A stretch of DNA of 64,000 nt. It comes from Thermodesulfobacteriota bacterium. Its GTDB lineage: Bacteria; Desulfobacterota_D; UBA1144; Nemesobacterales; Mycalebacteriaceae. The position numbers and the translations under genes were made by a program. Under the pieces are notes generated by a model. It was not told where the DNA came from, searched no databases, and worked only from the letters and a program-made list of their open reading frames with translations. The stretch's first letter is position 1. Each line of letters begins with the position of its first letter. The stretch lies in the NCBI GenBank assembly GCA_965198945.1, contig CBDAQI010000013.1, forward strand, positions 160,001-224,000, in the 5' to 3' direction. Shown in pieces: positions 48,332-58,946 of the stretch.

Positions 48332-49274
48332 CAAGACGAACTGCGGTTTTAACCGCTTCCTGCATACTGCGCGGGTCGGCCATCCCGCTCCAGGCTATGT
48401 CAAAAGCAGTTCCATGGTCCGGAGAGGTTCTGACAATCGGAAGGCCAAGTGTTATGTTCACGCCCCTGTAGAAAGCGAGCATCTTAAAAGGTGCCAGGCC
48501 CTGATCGTGATACATTGCTATCACGGCGTCCCACCTTCCTTCCATTGCCCCATAGAAAACCGAATCCGCAGCGATGGGACCGGAAACATCAAAACCCAGC
48601 GCGGATGCTTTGAGAACGGCGGGAGCAATTTTTTCAATTTCCTCTCTGCCGAACTCCCCGTTCTCTCCCGCGTGGGGGTTGAGGCCGCAAACGGCAATCT
48701 TCGGAGAATCTATGGCAAACCTCTCCGATAAAACCGAAGAGCATATAGTTATTGTGTTAAAAACAGATTCCTGAGTTATGAGAGCGGGAACCTCTCTGAG
48801 CGCGCAATGAATTGTAACAAGAGCCACCCTGAGATCCCCTCCCTCAAACATCATCACGGCTTGTTCCGAATTAGTCATATCCCTGAACATTTCCGTATGC
48901 CCCGGATAAGGAGAACCCGCCAGTCGTATGGCTTCTTTATTGATCGGCGCCGTAACAACCGCGGCCGTCCGCCCCGAAATCGTATATTCAACGGCCTTTT
49001 CTATTGAAAAAAGGGATTCGCGCCCCGAAGATTCACTCACTTTTCCGGGGACCAGATCGTCAAACCGGAGCTCACCGCAATCAATAAATTCAACCGTGTC
49101 CGGGTCTTTTGAGCCTATAAGTTCGCATGCGCCCGAAAAAATTTCCCTGCTTCCGAAAATAACCGGCTCGCACAACCCCCTTGTTTCATCAGACAAAGCA
49201 ACTTTTGCCACAATTTCGGGGCCTATTCCTCCGGGGTCTCCTAGAGTCATCGCTATTTTCGGTTTGGCGCCCAT
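48324..49274 (-). CDS. pdxA: 4-hydroxythreonine-4-phosphate dehydrogenase
   Basis: GDPGGIGPE, PGHTE, LNPHAGE, MYHDQG, RTSPDHGTAFDIA. Confidence 0.95.
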   Translation of the reverse strand: MGAKPKIAMTLGDPGGIGPEIVAKVALSDETRGLCEPVIFGSREIFSGACELIGSKDPDTVEFIDCGELRFDDLVPGKVSESSGRESLFSIEKAVEYTISGRTAAVVTAPINKEAIRLAGSPYPGHTEMFRDMTNSEQAVMMFEGGDLRVALVTIHCALREVPALITQESVFNTITICSSVLSERFAIDSPKIAVCGLNPHAGENGEFGREEIEKIAPAVLKASALGFDVSGPIAADSVFYGAMEGRWDAVIAMYHDQGLAPFKMLAFYRGVNITLGLPIVRTSPDHGTAFDIAWSGMADPRSMQEAVKTAVRLVK

Positions 49275-49280
49275 AAGCTT

Positions 49281-50045
49281 TTAATTCATCAGTCTGAAAA
49301 GATCCAGACTGTTGCGGAAAAGTCTCTCTTCGGTCTCATCCGGCTCTTCCCCTCTTATATCCGCTAGAAGTTCAAAAACATGACGCACAAAAGCGGGTTC
49401 ATTGTCTTTTCCTCTCATCGGAACCGGTGCAAGATATGGAGAATCCGTCTCAATAAGAATTCTGTCAGCAGGGGCTTTTTTTGCCGCCTCACGAACTTCG
49501 GGAGCGTTTTTGAAAGTCAAAATCCCGGAAAAAGATATGAAAAAATCCATATCAAGAAACCTCTTCATGGTTTTATAGTTCCCTGAAAAACAGTGTATTA
49601 CGCCCGGTTTTTCTCCGCATCGCCCGTTTTTCACCACGGCCGCAACGTCTTCTTCGGAATCCCTGATATGAACGACAAAAGGCAAACCCAACACACCCGC
49701 CATTTCAATGTGCGCCTCAAATGACTTAATCTGAATTTCACGGGGAGATTTCATATAGTGATAGTCAAGACCGGTCTCACCGATTGCGACAACTTTTTCG
49801 TGTGAAGCAAGTTCTGAAAAAACCTTTACGGTGTCATCCTGAAAAGTTGAAGCGGAATGAGGATGTATTCCGACTCCAGCATAAACGGAATTAAACCGCT
49901 CGGCGATTTCAATGGTTTTAAGAGCTGTTTCATGTTTTGTTGAGACGGAAAGGATTTTTTCCACCCCGGCCGCTCCTGCTCTCTCAACCGCCCGTGCGGA
50001 TGATTCTCCGAGCATTTCCAGATGCGCGTGTGTGTCTATGAGCAA
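49281..50045 (-). CDS. TatD-family hydrolase
   Basis: IDTHAHL, GIHPH, IGETGLDY, IHCFSG, ETDSPYLAP. Confidence 0.94.
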   Translation of the reverse strand: MLIDTHAHLEMLGESSARAVERAGAAGVEKILSVSTKHETALKTIEIAERFNSVYAGVGIHPHSASTFQDDTVKVFSELASHEKVVAIGETGLDYHYMKSPREIQIKSFEAHIEMAGVLGLPFVVHIRDSEEDVAAVVKNGRCGEKPGVIHCFSGNYKTMKRFLDMDFFISFSGILTFKNAPEVREAAKKAPADRILIETDSPYLAPVPMRGKDNEPAFVRHVFELLADIRGEEPDETEERLFRNSLDLFRLMN

Positions 50046-50524
50046 CCGTCAGTATCCTCCGGAGGTTTTTTATCCTCATCCCGCACAAGGTCTTGCAATT
50101 CTTCAAGAAACTCATTCACATCGTCAAAAGATTTATAGACGGAAGCAAAACGCAAATAAGCAACCTTGTCCAGATAACGCAAGTGATTCATAATCTGTTC
50201 GCCGATTTCATTTGCCGGTATTTCACGCTCACCCTTGCTGGCAAGTTCGCCCTCCAGCTTAAGGACGAAGTTTTCTATATCTTCCATTCTGATTCCGCGT
50301 TTTTCGCAGGCTTTTTTTACTCCGTCAAAAATTTTTTCCCTGCGGAAAGGCTCTTTGCGCCCGTCTTTTTTTACAACGGAGATTCTAACTTCCGGACGCT
50401 CATAAGTGGTAAATCTCTTTCCGCATGAACCGCATTCCCTTCTGCGACGAATGGACGGAGTTTCTTCATTGCTGCGTGAATCTATAACGCTTGTATTGTC
50501 TTCCATGCAGAAAACGCACTTCAA
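50036..50524 (-). CDS. nrdR: Transcriptional repressor NrdR
   Basis: CxxC…VIDSR…IRRRREC..C..RFTTYE, ATP cone, [10 protein letters not shown]. Confidence 0.96.
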   Translation of the reverse strand: MKCVFCMEDNTSVIDSRSNEETPSIRRRRECGSCGKRFTTYERPEVRISVVKKDGRKEPFRREKIFDGVKKACEKRGIRMEDIENFVLKLEGELASKGEREIPANEIGEQIMNHLRYLDKVAYLRFASVYKSFDDVNEFLEELQDLVRDEDKKPPEDTDGCS

Positions 50525-51768
50525 ATTTTCATCCCCTCATATACCGGAAATTTTATGCAGAGCTCTTTTGCCTCGGCCTCCAGTTTCGTAAGTTTTCCCT
50601 CATCTCCGATATTTTGCAGCGCTCTGTCAATCAAATCGGCAATTTTTTCTATCTCCGCCTCTTTCATTCCGCGAGTTGTAACGGCCGGAGAGCCGATTCT
50701 TATGCCGCTTGCGATTGCCGGGGGGTGTTTGTCAAAAGGAATCGCATTCTTGTTGACCGTGAGACCGGCTTTTTCAAGCGCTTCCTCGGCGTCCCTGCCC
50801 GTAATATTCTTACTTGTCAGATCAACAAGCAAAAGATGGTTGTCCGTTCCGCCGGTCAAAATATCAAAACCGCGCTCCATAAGATTTTCCGCCATGGCGC
50901 GCGAGTTGACAACGGTCTGTTTCTGATACTCTTTGAAATCAGGGGTAAGCGCTTCGGCAAAAGCGACCGCTTTTGCGGCTATGACATGCATAAGCGGCCC
51001 TCCCTGCACTCCGGGAAAAACCCTGCTGTTTACGGTTTTCTCATGTTCTTTTTTCATCATTACAACTCCGCCTCTGGGGCCTCTGAGGGTTTTGTGTGTT
51101 GTTGTTGTGACAAAATCACAATACGGAACGGGATCGGGATATATTCCCGCAGCCACAAGCCCGGAGGGATGCGCGATGTCTGCCATCAGCAGCGAGCCGG
51201 ACTCGTCCGCAATCTCTTTGAATTTTTTGAAATCAATCTTCCGCGGGTAAGCGCTGAACCCCGCAATAATCATCTTAGGTCTGTGTTTGAGAGCAAGCTC
51301 TCTCACTTCATCGTAGTCTATGAGAAAGGTTTGCGGATTCACGCCGTAGGAAACCGCGTTATAGTAACGCCCTGAAAAATTGACTTTGCTGCCGTGGGTA
51401 AGATGCCCTCCGTGCGCCAAGTCCATTCCAAGGAAAGTGTCGCCGGGGTTCATGCACGAAAAGAAAACGGCCATATTGGCCTGAGCGCCGGAATGGGGCT
51501 GCACATTTGCAGACTCCGCCCCGAAAATCTTTTTTATCCTGTCGCGCGCAAGTTCTTCCACAATGTCAACAAACTCGCATCCGGCATAGTATCTTTTTCC
51601 GGGAAGCCCCTCGGCGTATTTGTTGGTCATAACGCATCCGAGCACTTCCATCACGGCGCGACTGGCATAGTTCTCAGAAGCTATGAGCTCAATTTTGAAC
51701 TCCTGTCTCGCAAGTTCGCGCCTTATGGCGTCAGTAATTTCAGGGTCTGTTTTTTCAAGGATTGACAA
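50521..51768 (-). CDS. glyA: Serine hydroxymethyltransferase
   Basis: [32 protein letters not shown]. Confidence 0.98.
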   Translation of the reverse strand: MSILEKTDPEITDAIRRELARQEFKIELIASENYASRAVMEVLGCVMTNKYAEGLPGKRYYAGCEFVDIVEELARDRIKKIFGAESANVQPHSGAQANMAVFFSCMNPGDTFLGMDLAHGGHLTHGSKVNFSGRYYNAVSYGVNPQTFLIDYDEVRELALKHRPKMIIAGFSAYPRKIDFKKFKEIADESGSLLMADIAHPSGLVAAGIYPDPVPYCDFVTTTTHKTLRGPRGGVVMMKKEHEKTVNSRVFPGVQGGPLMHVIAAKAVAFAEALTPDFKEYQKQTVVNSRAMAENLMERGFDILTGGTDNHLLLVDLTSKNITGRDAEEALEKAGLTVNKNAIPFDKHPPAIASGIRIGSPAVTTRGMKEAEIEKIADLIDRALQNIGDEGKLTKLEAEAKELCIKFPVYEGMKI

Positions 51769-51896
51769 TTTTCCCGTCTCCTTTCGGTTTTGGCTACAAC
51801 GCTAACAAAATTAACGGGACTTTACAAACAAACCTCTTTGCAACAAAGCAAATTGAAATCTATAGTTAGCCTTACACTAAAAAGAGTTACGGAAAA

Positions 51897-54659
51897 ATGA
51901 CAAAAACTAATCTGCTTGTAAAAGGCGCGAGAGAAAATAATCTTAAAAACATAGATGTTGAGATTCCAAAAGGCAGTTTCACGGTCGTGACCGGGCTGAG
52001 CGGTTCGGGCAAATCCTCTCTCGCGGTTGACACCATACATTCGGAAAGCATGAGAAAATACATCCAGTGCCTCTCCACCTACACAAGACAGTTTCTTGAC
52101 CGCGTATCCCGCCCCGATGTTGATTCAATTGAAAATCTGCCGCCTTCAATATCAATAGAAAACAGAAACAGAGTGCAGAACAATCGTTCAACTCTGGGAA
52201 CAACAACGGAGATTTACGACTATCTGAGGCTTCTGTTTGCAAGTGTCGGGAAAATTTTCTGCCCCGAATGCGGCACCGGGGTGGCGGAACACTCGCCGCA
52301 AACAATAGCGCAAAAACTTTTATCTTCATACAAAGGTGAAAATGCGCTCATATCGTTTCCGCCTTCGGAGGAGGAAACGGCGCACAGACTTCTTAAGAAA
52401 GGTTATTTGAGACTTTTTACCGAAGAAGAAGGCGTTTTCAAAATTGACGAAAACACAAAACTTTCTTCCGGCAGCCGCGTTGTTGTTGACAGAATAAAAA
52501 TTACTGAAAAATCCTCGCCGAGAATTACTGATTCCCTGGAAACCGCCTTCAGGGAAAGCAAAACGGTTTATGTGCGCATTGAAAACGGAGAAACCCTGTC
52601 TTTCAAACAGGGGCTTTCATGTGAAAAATGCGGAAAGGTTTTTTCAAAACCCTACCCCGCCGTCTTTTCATTCAACAGCCCTCACGGAGCATGTGAAAAC
52701 TGCAAAGGATTCGGAAACACTCTTGAATTAGACCCCTCTCTTGTTGTTCCCGACCCTTCAAAAAGTATTAGAAAGGGTGCTATTGAGCCGTTTCAAAGAC
52801 CGTCTTTCGGTTTTGCCCGGAGAAAAATCGTTGAACTTGCGGAGAAAAACGGAATTGATCCGGACATCGCTTTTTCAAAACTGACAAAAAAACAGCGGAA
52901 TTTTATATTCTCCGGAAACGGGTCTGTAGGAGTTTCTTCGGGGGGAATAGAAGGATTCTTCAAAAAAATCGCCGAAAAAATTTACAAGGTGCAAAACAGA
53001 GTTCTGATATCCCGCTACCGCAGTCCCGTTTTATGCCCGTCATGCAAAGGAAGCAGAATCCGCCCCGAAGCGCTGGCGGTAAAAATTTCCGGACACGGCA
53101 TAAACGATTTTGTGGAAATGCCGGTCGGGGAACTCGCTGATTTTTTTTCGGAAAAATCCGTATCAAAATTTCTTTCCAAAGCTGAAATCAAACTTGCGGG
53201 CGATGTGTTGAAGGAAATCCGGGAACGTTCCGGTTTCCTCAACTATGTGGGCCTTGAGTATCTGACGCTTTCGCGTCTTGCCCGCACACTCTCGGGCGGA
53301 GAATCACAAAGAGCCGCGCTTGCTTCCCAGCTTGGTTCGGGTCTTACCGAGACGCTCTATGTTCTTGATGAACCCTCAGTCGGTCTTCATCCGCGGGACA
53401 CTCACAATATGGTTTCAATAATAAAACGGATAAAAGAAAAGGGAAACACACTGATAGTGGTTGAACATGACCCTGACATAATAAAACAGTCCGACTACAT
53501 AATTGAATTGGGCAGAGAAACCGGGGAAAACGGCGGAGAGGTTGTTTATCAGGGGCCGGCGGGAAAACTTGTTTCTTGCGCACCCGACTCGCATACCGGG
53601 CTCTATCTTTCGGGCAGGAAAAAAGTCTGCATTCCCCGCCGGAGCATAAAAAAAAGGGACGGAGCAATAAATATCACCCGTGCGGCTGAAAACAACCTCA
53701 AAAACATTGATGTTTCCATTCCGCTTGGAACATTTGTTTGTGTAACCGGAGTTTCAGGGTCGGGGAAAAGCTCTCTGATAAAAGATGTTCTCTACAAAAA
53801 TCTGGCAAACAGAATTTATGGAGAAAAGCATCGGGCGGGCAAATGCGGGTCAATCAAGGGAGCGGAGGCCGTGAGCGATATTGTTATGCTTGATCAGTCT
53901 CCGATAGGAAAAAATTCCCGTTCAAATCCGGTGACCTACATAAAGGTATATGACGCAATACGCAAAATTATGGCTTCATCGCCCGAAGCGGTGGAAAACG
54001 GCATTGCACCGGCTGATTTTTCATTTAACACAGCGGGGGGCAGGTGCGGAGAATGTGAAGGCGAGGGCATCCAAAAAATAGACATGCTTTTTCTCGCCGA
54101 TGTGGCGGTTGTCTGCCCAGAATGTGAGGGAAAGAGGTTCAAAAAAGCGGTTCTGGATGTGAGGTTTCGTGACAAAAACATAGACGATATTTTGAATATG
54201 ACAGTCAGTGAGGCGACTGACTTTTTTTCAGATTCCGGCGCGGTTGCAAAGAAACTAAGAGTCCTGATTGATGTGGGACTCGGATATATGAGTCTCGGTC
54301 AGTCTGCGACAAATTTTTCGGGGGGAGAAGCGCAGAGAATAAAAATAGTGCGCGAACTTTCAAGAAAAGACGGCAAAAACATAATCTACATTCTGGATGA
54401 ACCGTCAATCGGACTGCATTTGGAAGATGTAAGAAAACTGCTTTTTATGCTTGAAAAACTTGTTTCCGCCGGAAATTCGGTCGTGGTGATTGAGCACAAT
54501 CTGGAAATAGTTAAAAACGCTTCCCATGTGATAGACCTCGGGCCCGGCGGAGGAAAACACGGAGGGAAAATTGTTGCCGAGGGAACACCCGCGCAGATAG
54601 CGAAAAACAAAAAATCTCTAACGGGCGGGTTTTTGAAATCCCTTTTGAATGAAAAATGA
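51897..54659 (+). CDS. uvrA: Excinuclease ABC subunit A (UvrA family)
   Basis: Two ABC domains (GLSGSGKSS, GVSGSGKSS), Zn fingers, LSGGE/FSGGE, DLGPGGG. Confidence 0.93.
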   Translation: MTKTNLLVKGARENNLKNIDVEIPKGSFTVVTGLSGSGKSSLAVDTIHSESMRKYIQCLSTYTRQFLDRVSRPDVDSIENLPPSISIENRNRVQNNRSTLGTTTEIYDYLRLLFASVGKIFCPECGTGVAEHSPQTIAQKLLSSYKGENALISFPPSEEETAHRLLKKGYLRLFTEEEGVFKIDENTKLSSGSRVVVDRIKITEKSSPRITDSLETAFRESKTVYVRIENGETLSFKQGLSCEKCGKVFSKPYPAVFSFNSPHGACENCKGFGNTLELDPSLVVPDPSKSIRKGAIEPFQRPSFGFARRKIVELAEKNGIDPDIAFSKLTKKQRNFIFSGNGSVGVSSGGIEGFFKKIAEKIYKVQNRVLISRYRSPVLCPSCKGSRIRPEALAVKISGHGINDFVEMPVGELADFFSEKSVSKFLSKAEIKLAGDVLKEIRERSGFLNYVGLEYLTLSRLARTLSGGESQRAALASQLGSGLTETLYVLDEPSVGLHPRDTHNMVSIIKRIKEKGNTLIVVEHDPDIIKQSDYIIELGRETGENGGEVVYQGPAGKLVSCAPDSHTGLYLSGRKKVCIPRRSIKKRDGAINITRAAENNLKNIDVSIPLGTFVCVTGVSGSGKSSLIKDVLYKNLANRIYGEKHRAGKCGSIKGAEAVSDIVMLDQSPIGKNSRSNPVTYIKVYDAIRKIMASSPEAVENGIAPADFSFNTAGGRCGECEGEGIQKIDMLFLADVAVVCPECEGKRFKKAVLDVRFRDKNIDDILNMTVSEATDFFSDSGAVAKKLRVLIDVGLGYMSLGQSATNFSGGEAQRIKIVRELSRKDGKNIIYILDEPSIGLHLEDVRKLLFMLEKLVSAGNSVVVIEHNLEIVKNASHVIDLGPGGGKHGGKIVAEGTPAQIAKNKKSLTGGFLKSLLNEK

Positions 54660-55492
54660 AGAAATATTTTTCCTTTGTAAAATTTGAACATACTTTTTTT
54701 TCTCTCCCGATAGTTATTGCCGGAGCCATAATTGCATCCTCCGGCATTCCCGAAATACGGACACTGTTGTTGATTTTCTGTGCAGCCGCAGGAGCCAGAA
54801 CCGCCGCAATGGCGATGAACAGAATTATTGACGCCCGGATAGACGCGAGAAATCCGAGAACAAAAAACAGAGAAATTCCCGCCGGAACACTCAGCCGCAC
54901 CGAAGCATATTTTGTAACCGCCGCGGGTCTGGCCGTGTATTTTTTGTCCGCTTACTTGATATGCCCCTTCGCCTTTTATCTTTCGCCGCTTCCGGTCGCC
55001 GTTTTCGCATTATATCCTTATATGAAAAGAACAACTCCCCTTTGTCATTTCGGTGTGGGTTCGGCTCTCGCCCTTGCGCCAATCGGCGGATGGATAGCCG
55101 TTCGCTGTTCGGCGGATGACTTTTTTGCGCCCCTGATGCTGGGTTTATTCACCCTTTTCTGGGTCGCGGGCTTTGACATTATTTATTCAACCGCGGATGA
55201 GGAGTTTGACAGAAAAAACGGTTTGCATTCCATCGCCGTTTCGCTCGGAACAAAAAAAGCCGTTACAGTCTCAACACTGTTGCACGCCCTTTCAATTATT
55301 CCCCTGGCCGCTCTGCAGATAAGGGAATTTGGAGGAAATATTTTCTCAATCTCGGTTCTTCTACTGATTTGCGCCGTTTTTGCTTTTGAAAGAATCAAAT
55401 TTTCAGAAATAAATTTTGCATTTTTCAAGCTGAATGTTCTTGCCGGGACGCTGGTTTTAGTTTTCATCCTCTGCGGTATATACTTGGGTTGA
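54656..55492 (+). CDS. UbiA-like prenyltransferase (MqnP type)
   Basis: KFEHTFFSLP, NRIIDARID..NPRT..REIP, GFDIIY. Confidence 0.9.
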   Translation: MKKYFSFVKFEHTFFSLPIVIAGAIIASSGIPEIRTLLLIFCAAAGARTAAMAMNRIIDARIDARNPRTKNREIPAGTLSRTEAYFVTAAGLAVYFLSAYLICPFAFYLSPLPVAVFALYPYMKRTTPLCHFGVGSALALAPIGGWIAVRCSADDFFAPLMLGLFTLFWVAGFDIIYSTADEEFDRKNGLHSIAVSLGTKKAVTVSTLLHALSIIPLAALQIREFGGNIFSISVLLLICAVFAFERIKFSEINFAFFKLNVLAGTLVLVFILCGIYLG

Positions 55493-55505
55493 GGCTTTTA
55501 CAGTT

Positions 55506-56057
55506 TTGAGAACAGTCGTGGGCATAACCGGCGCTTCGGGAGCGATTTACGGGGTTGATTTTCTCAGGCGCTGTGAAGGTGACAAATATCTCATAACAAG
55601 CAAATGGGGAAAGGCGGTTCTCAATGAAGAGATGCAAGTCAAGGTTGAAGAACTCGGCAAGTGGACCAATAAAATTTTCAATGACTCGGATCTTGCTTCC
55701 CCGTTTGCTTCGGGAAGCAACCACTTTGACTCAATGGTTATTGTGCCGTGCTCGGTTTCCACTCTCGCAAAAATAGCAAACGGCATAGGAGACACCCTCA
55801 TAACAAGAACCGCCCAAGTTGCTCTGAAGGAAAAAAGAAAGCTCATCATAGCCCTCAGAGAAACACCGCTCAGCACTGTTGCGCTTGAAAACGCCGCAAA
55901 ACTCTCCGGATACGGAGCGGTGATAATGCCCATAAGTCCTCCGCATTATTCCGGCGCGAAAACCGCTGGAGAGATAGTGGGCGGTTTTGTGGAGAAACTC
56001 CTCTCGGTTGTTTCCGGCAAATATGAAAACGGATGGCGGAGCGGAGATTTGGAGTGA
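55506..56057 (+). CDS. ubiX: Flavin prenyltransferase
   Basis: GITGASG, ASGS, PCS, LKEKR, RETPL. Confidence 0.93.
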   Translation: MRTVVGITGASGAIYGVDFLRRCEGDKYLITSKWGKAVLNEEMQVKVEELGKWTNKIFNDSDLASPFASGSNHFDSMVIVPCSVSTLAKIANGIGDTLITRTAQVALKEKRKLIIALRETPLSTVALENAAKLSGYGAVIMPISPPHYSGAKTAGEIVGGFVEKLLSVVSGKYENGWRSGDLE

Positions 56058-57820
56058 GCAAAACCTTCCACAACCTGCGCCAATACATATTATATCTTGA
56101 AAAAAAAGGCGACCTGAGACGAGTAAAAACGGAGGTTGACCCCGATCTTGAAATTACCGAAATAGCCTCACGCGAGATGAAGGCCGGAGGGCCTGCGCTT
56201 CTGTTTGAAAATGTGAAAGGCTCATCTTTTCCGCTTGCAATTAATTTATTCGCTTCGGAAGAAAGAATCAGAATCGCTCTCGGCGGCGATCCCAAAGAAG
56301 TGGGCGAAGAGCTCGTGGAAATTTTTGAAAAGGTCAATCCGCCATCGGTGAGGGGAATTTTTTCCGCGATTCCCAAAATGACCCGTCTGGTCTCAATGAG
56401 AACCTCTCTCTCATGGACGGCGGCCCCGGTTCAACAAAATGAAACCGCCCCCGACCTTGAAAAACTTCCCGCAATAAAGTGCTGGCCCGGAGACGGCGGC
56501 AGATTCATAACATTCGGTCTTGTAATAACAAACAGCCCGGTTTCCGGTTCAAGAAATATGGGGCTTTACCGTCTTCAGATATACGACTCAAAAACCACCG
56601 GAATGCACTGGCACCCCCACAAAGGAGGAGCCGCTCATTACGGTGAGGCGGAAAAAAGAAATGAAAATCTTGAAGCCGCCATTGTTCTGGGCGGGGATCC
56701 GACTCTTATTTTCAGCGCAATCGCGCCGCTTCCCGAAGGTGTTGATGAGGTTGCGTTTTCGGGCTACCTGCGCCGCAGAGCCGTTGCAATGACAAAAGCA
56801 AAAACCATTTCAACGAAGGTTCCCGCGGATGCGGAAATGATAATAGAGGGAATTGTGCCGAAAAACATGCGCCGGACCGAGGGGCCCTTCGGAGACCATT
56901 TCGGACACTACTCAATGCAGGCGGAATTTCCGGTTTTTCAAGCGACGGGAATGACTTTTGCGGAAGATGCGATTTTCCCCGCAACCGTTGTGGGCAAACC
57001 TCCGCAGGAAGATATGTATCTCGGAGTTGCGGCCGGTGAGATGTTCTCTCCCCTAATAAGAATTATTCACCCGGAAATTAAGGATATGTGGGCATGCCCC
57101 GAAGCCGGTTTTCACAATCTTCTTTTTGTCCGTGTGGATGAGCGTTATCCGAAAAACGCGGTTAAATCCATGCTTGCGCTGTGGGGAACGGGACAGCTCG
57201 CGTTGACAAAATGCATGATAACGGTTTCGGGCAATGTGAATTTGCGGGATTTTTCCGCCGTGCTCCGGGAGATAGGAAAAAACTTTGACCCGCGTGACGA
57301 CTTTCTTCTTATTCCCACTGCTCCTCTTGACACGCTTGACTTCACAAGCGGGAGTTTCAATGTGGGCAGCAAGATGGGAATCAACGCCGTAAAAAAACCG
57401 GGCAAACCGGATATTGAATACTGCTCATCCGTTCCCGACCCGAGAGAAAAACACCCTGAAATCAAAGACTGGCGTCTGCTTGAAGGGGGATTTTTTGCAG
57501 TTCAGATTGAAGGCGCCCCAAACGGGATCATAAGACGTTTGTTTGAAACTCCGGGTTTTGAAAAAATAAGAATTGCGGTTTTGGTCAGCACGGATATTGA
57601 CATACACGATGACACGGAACTTATATGGGGAATTTTCACACGCTTTGACCCGCGCCGTGATATTGAGTTTGAAAGGATAAAAATATGCGGCTCCGATACG
57701 GTGCGTGAAGGACGCATGGGAATAGACGCCACGAAGAAGCAATGGTATCCTGAGGTGACTGAAATGACCCCTGAAATAAAGGCGAAAGTGTCTGAAAAGT
57801 GGAACAGTTACCGGAACTGA
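56054..57820 (+). CDS. UbiD-family decarboxylase of futalosine menaquinone biosynthesis
   Basis: EGPFGDH, GKPPQED, MHW..HK, GIDAT; GTG overlapping the ubiX stop. Confidence 0.9.
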   Translation: MSKTFHNLRQYILYLEKKGDLRRVKTEVDPDLEITEIASREMKAGGPALLFENVKGSSFPLAINLFASEERIRIALGGDPKEVGEELVEIFEKVNPPSVRGIFSAIPKMTRLVSMRTSLSWTAAPVQQNETAPDLEKLPAIKCWPGDGGRFITFGLVITNSPVSGSRNMGLYRLQIYDSKTTGMHWHPHKGGAAHYGEAEKRNENLEAAIVLGGDPTLIFSAIAPLPEGVDEVAFSGYLRRRAVAMTKAKTISTKVPADAEMIIEGIVPKNMRRTEGPFGDHFGHYSMQAEFPVFQATGMTFAEDAIFPATVVGKPPQEDMYLGVAAGEMFSPLIRIIHPEIKDMWACPEAGFHNLLFVRVDERYPKNAVKSMLALWGTGQLALTKCMITVSGNVNLRDFSAVLREIGKNFDPRDDFLLIPTAPLDTLDFTSGSFNVGSKMGINAVKKPGKPDIEYCSSVPDPREKHPEIKDWRLLEGGFFAVQIEGAPNGIIRRLFETPGFEKIRIAVLVSTDIDIHDDTELIWGIFTRFDPRRDIEFERIKICGSDTVREGRMGIDATKKQWYPEVTEMTPEIKAKVSEKWNSYRN

Positions 57821-58905
57821 TAGAAAAACTGTGCGTTGACAAGTCTCTGCTTCCGCTGCTTAAGAAAGTGGAATCCGGAGAGAGGCTTTCTTTTGATGAC
57901 GGCCTGCGTCTTCTTGAAACCGAAGACATGCACACGGTCGGCATGATGGCGGATTTTGCGAAACGCAGAAGAAGCGGAGACAAAGTATATTTTGTCGTCA
58001 ACCGGCACATAAATCCTTCCAATATATGCGCGATTTCATGCAGATTTTGCGCTTTTGGAAAAACAAAAAAATCAGCGGAAGCATATGAAATGACGATACC
58101 GCAGATCGTCAATATGCTTGATGAAGACTTGAAAGAGGTTCATATTGTCGGGGGGCTTCACCCTGACTGGGACTTCGGTCATTATCTTGACATTGTAAAA
58201 GCAATCAAAGAAGCGCAGCCCGCCTGCCACATCAAGGCGTTCACGGCGGTTGAGATTGACTGGTTCTCTGAAATCAGCGGAAAATCCCTGGAGGGAGTGC
58301 TTGAGGATTTGACCGATGCGGGAGTAAATGCACTCACCGGCGGCGGCGCCGAAATTCTTCATCCCGAAATAAGAAAAAAAATCTGCGCTCCTAAAACTGT
58401 GGCAACCAGATGGGAGGAAATTCACAGGCTCGCGCACAATATGAACATTCCCACAAATGCGACAATTCTTTACGGACATCTGGAAAAACCGTTTCATGTA
58501 ATAGATCATTTTGAGCGTTTAAGAAACATTGAAGATGAAGCTCCCGGATTTTTCGCATTTATCCCGGTGCTGTTTCATCCTGAAAACACGGGGCTCAAGA
58601 ATGTTCCGCCCTTCCCCGCTTCATATGATATGAAAATCCACGCCGCCGCGCGTCTGTTTCTGGACAATATTCCGCATATAAAAGCGTATTGGATAACTCT
58701 TGGTGAAAAGGCCGCGCAGGTGGCTCTTCATTATGGAGCGAGCGATGCGGACGGAACAATAATGCGAGAGAAAATCATTCACGATGCGGGGGCGCCTTCA
58801 GAACTCGGACACAGCAGAGATTTTATGGTGAATATGATTAAAAACGCCGGTTATGTGCCGGTGGAAAGAGACGCGCTTTATAATGAACTGAGGGTTTACA
58901 ATTAG
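57799..58905 (+). CDS. mqnE: Aminofutalosine synthase (radical SAM)
   Basis: NICAISCRFCAF, HIVGGLHP, GGGAEI, HIKAYW, VERDALYN. Confidence 0.9.
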   Translation: MEQLPELIEKLCVDKSLLPLLKKVESGERLSFDDGLRLLETEDMHTVGMMADFAKRRRSGDKVYFVVNRHINPSNICAISCRFCAFGKTKKSAEAYEMTIPQIVNMLDEDLKEVHIVGGLHPDWDFGHYLDIVKAIKEAQPACHIKAFTAVEIDWFSEISGKSLEGVLEDLTDAGVNALTGGGAEILHPEIRKKICAPKTVATRWEEIHRLAHNMNIPTNATILYGHLEKPFHVIDHFERLRNIEDEAPGFFAFIPVLFHPENTGLKNVPPFPASYDMKIHAAARLFLDNIPHIKAYWITLGEKAAQVALHYGASDADGTIMREKIIHDAGAPSELGHSRDFMVNMIKNAGYVPVERDALYNELRVYN

Positions 58906-58946
58906 AAAGTTAGGAATTTCAGTTTCGGGGGAAAGGACTTTTAAAA

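Noticed and set aside
51836..51848. CTTTG-N3-CAAAG inverted repeat upstream of uvrA as a LexA-like operator
   Set aside because: 5-bp arms are expected by chance and match no box I can identify.
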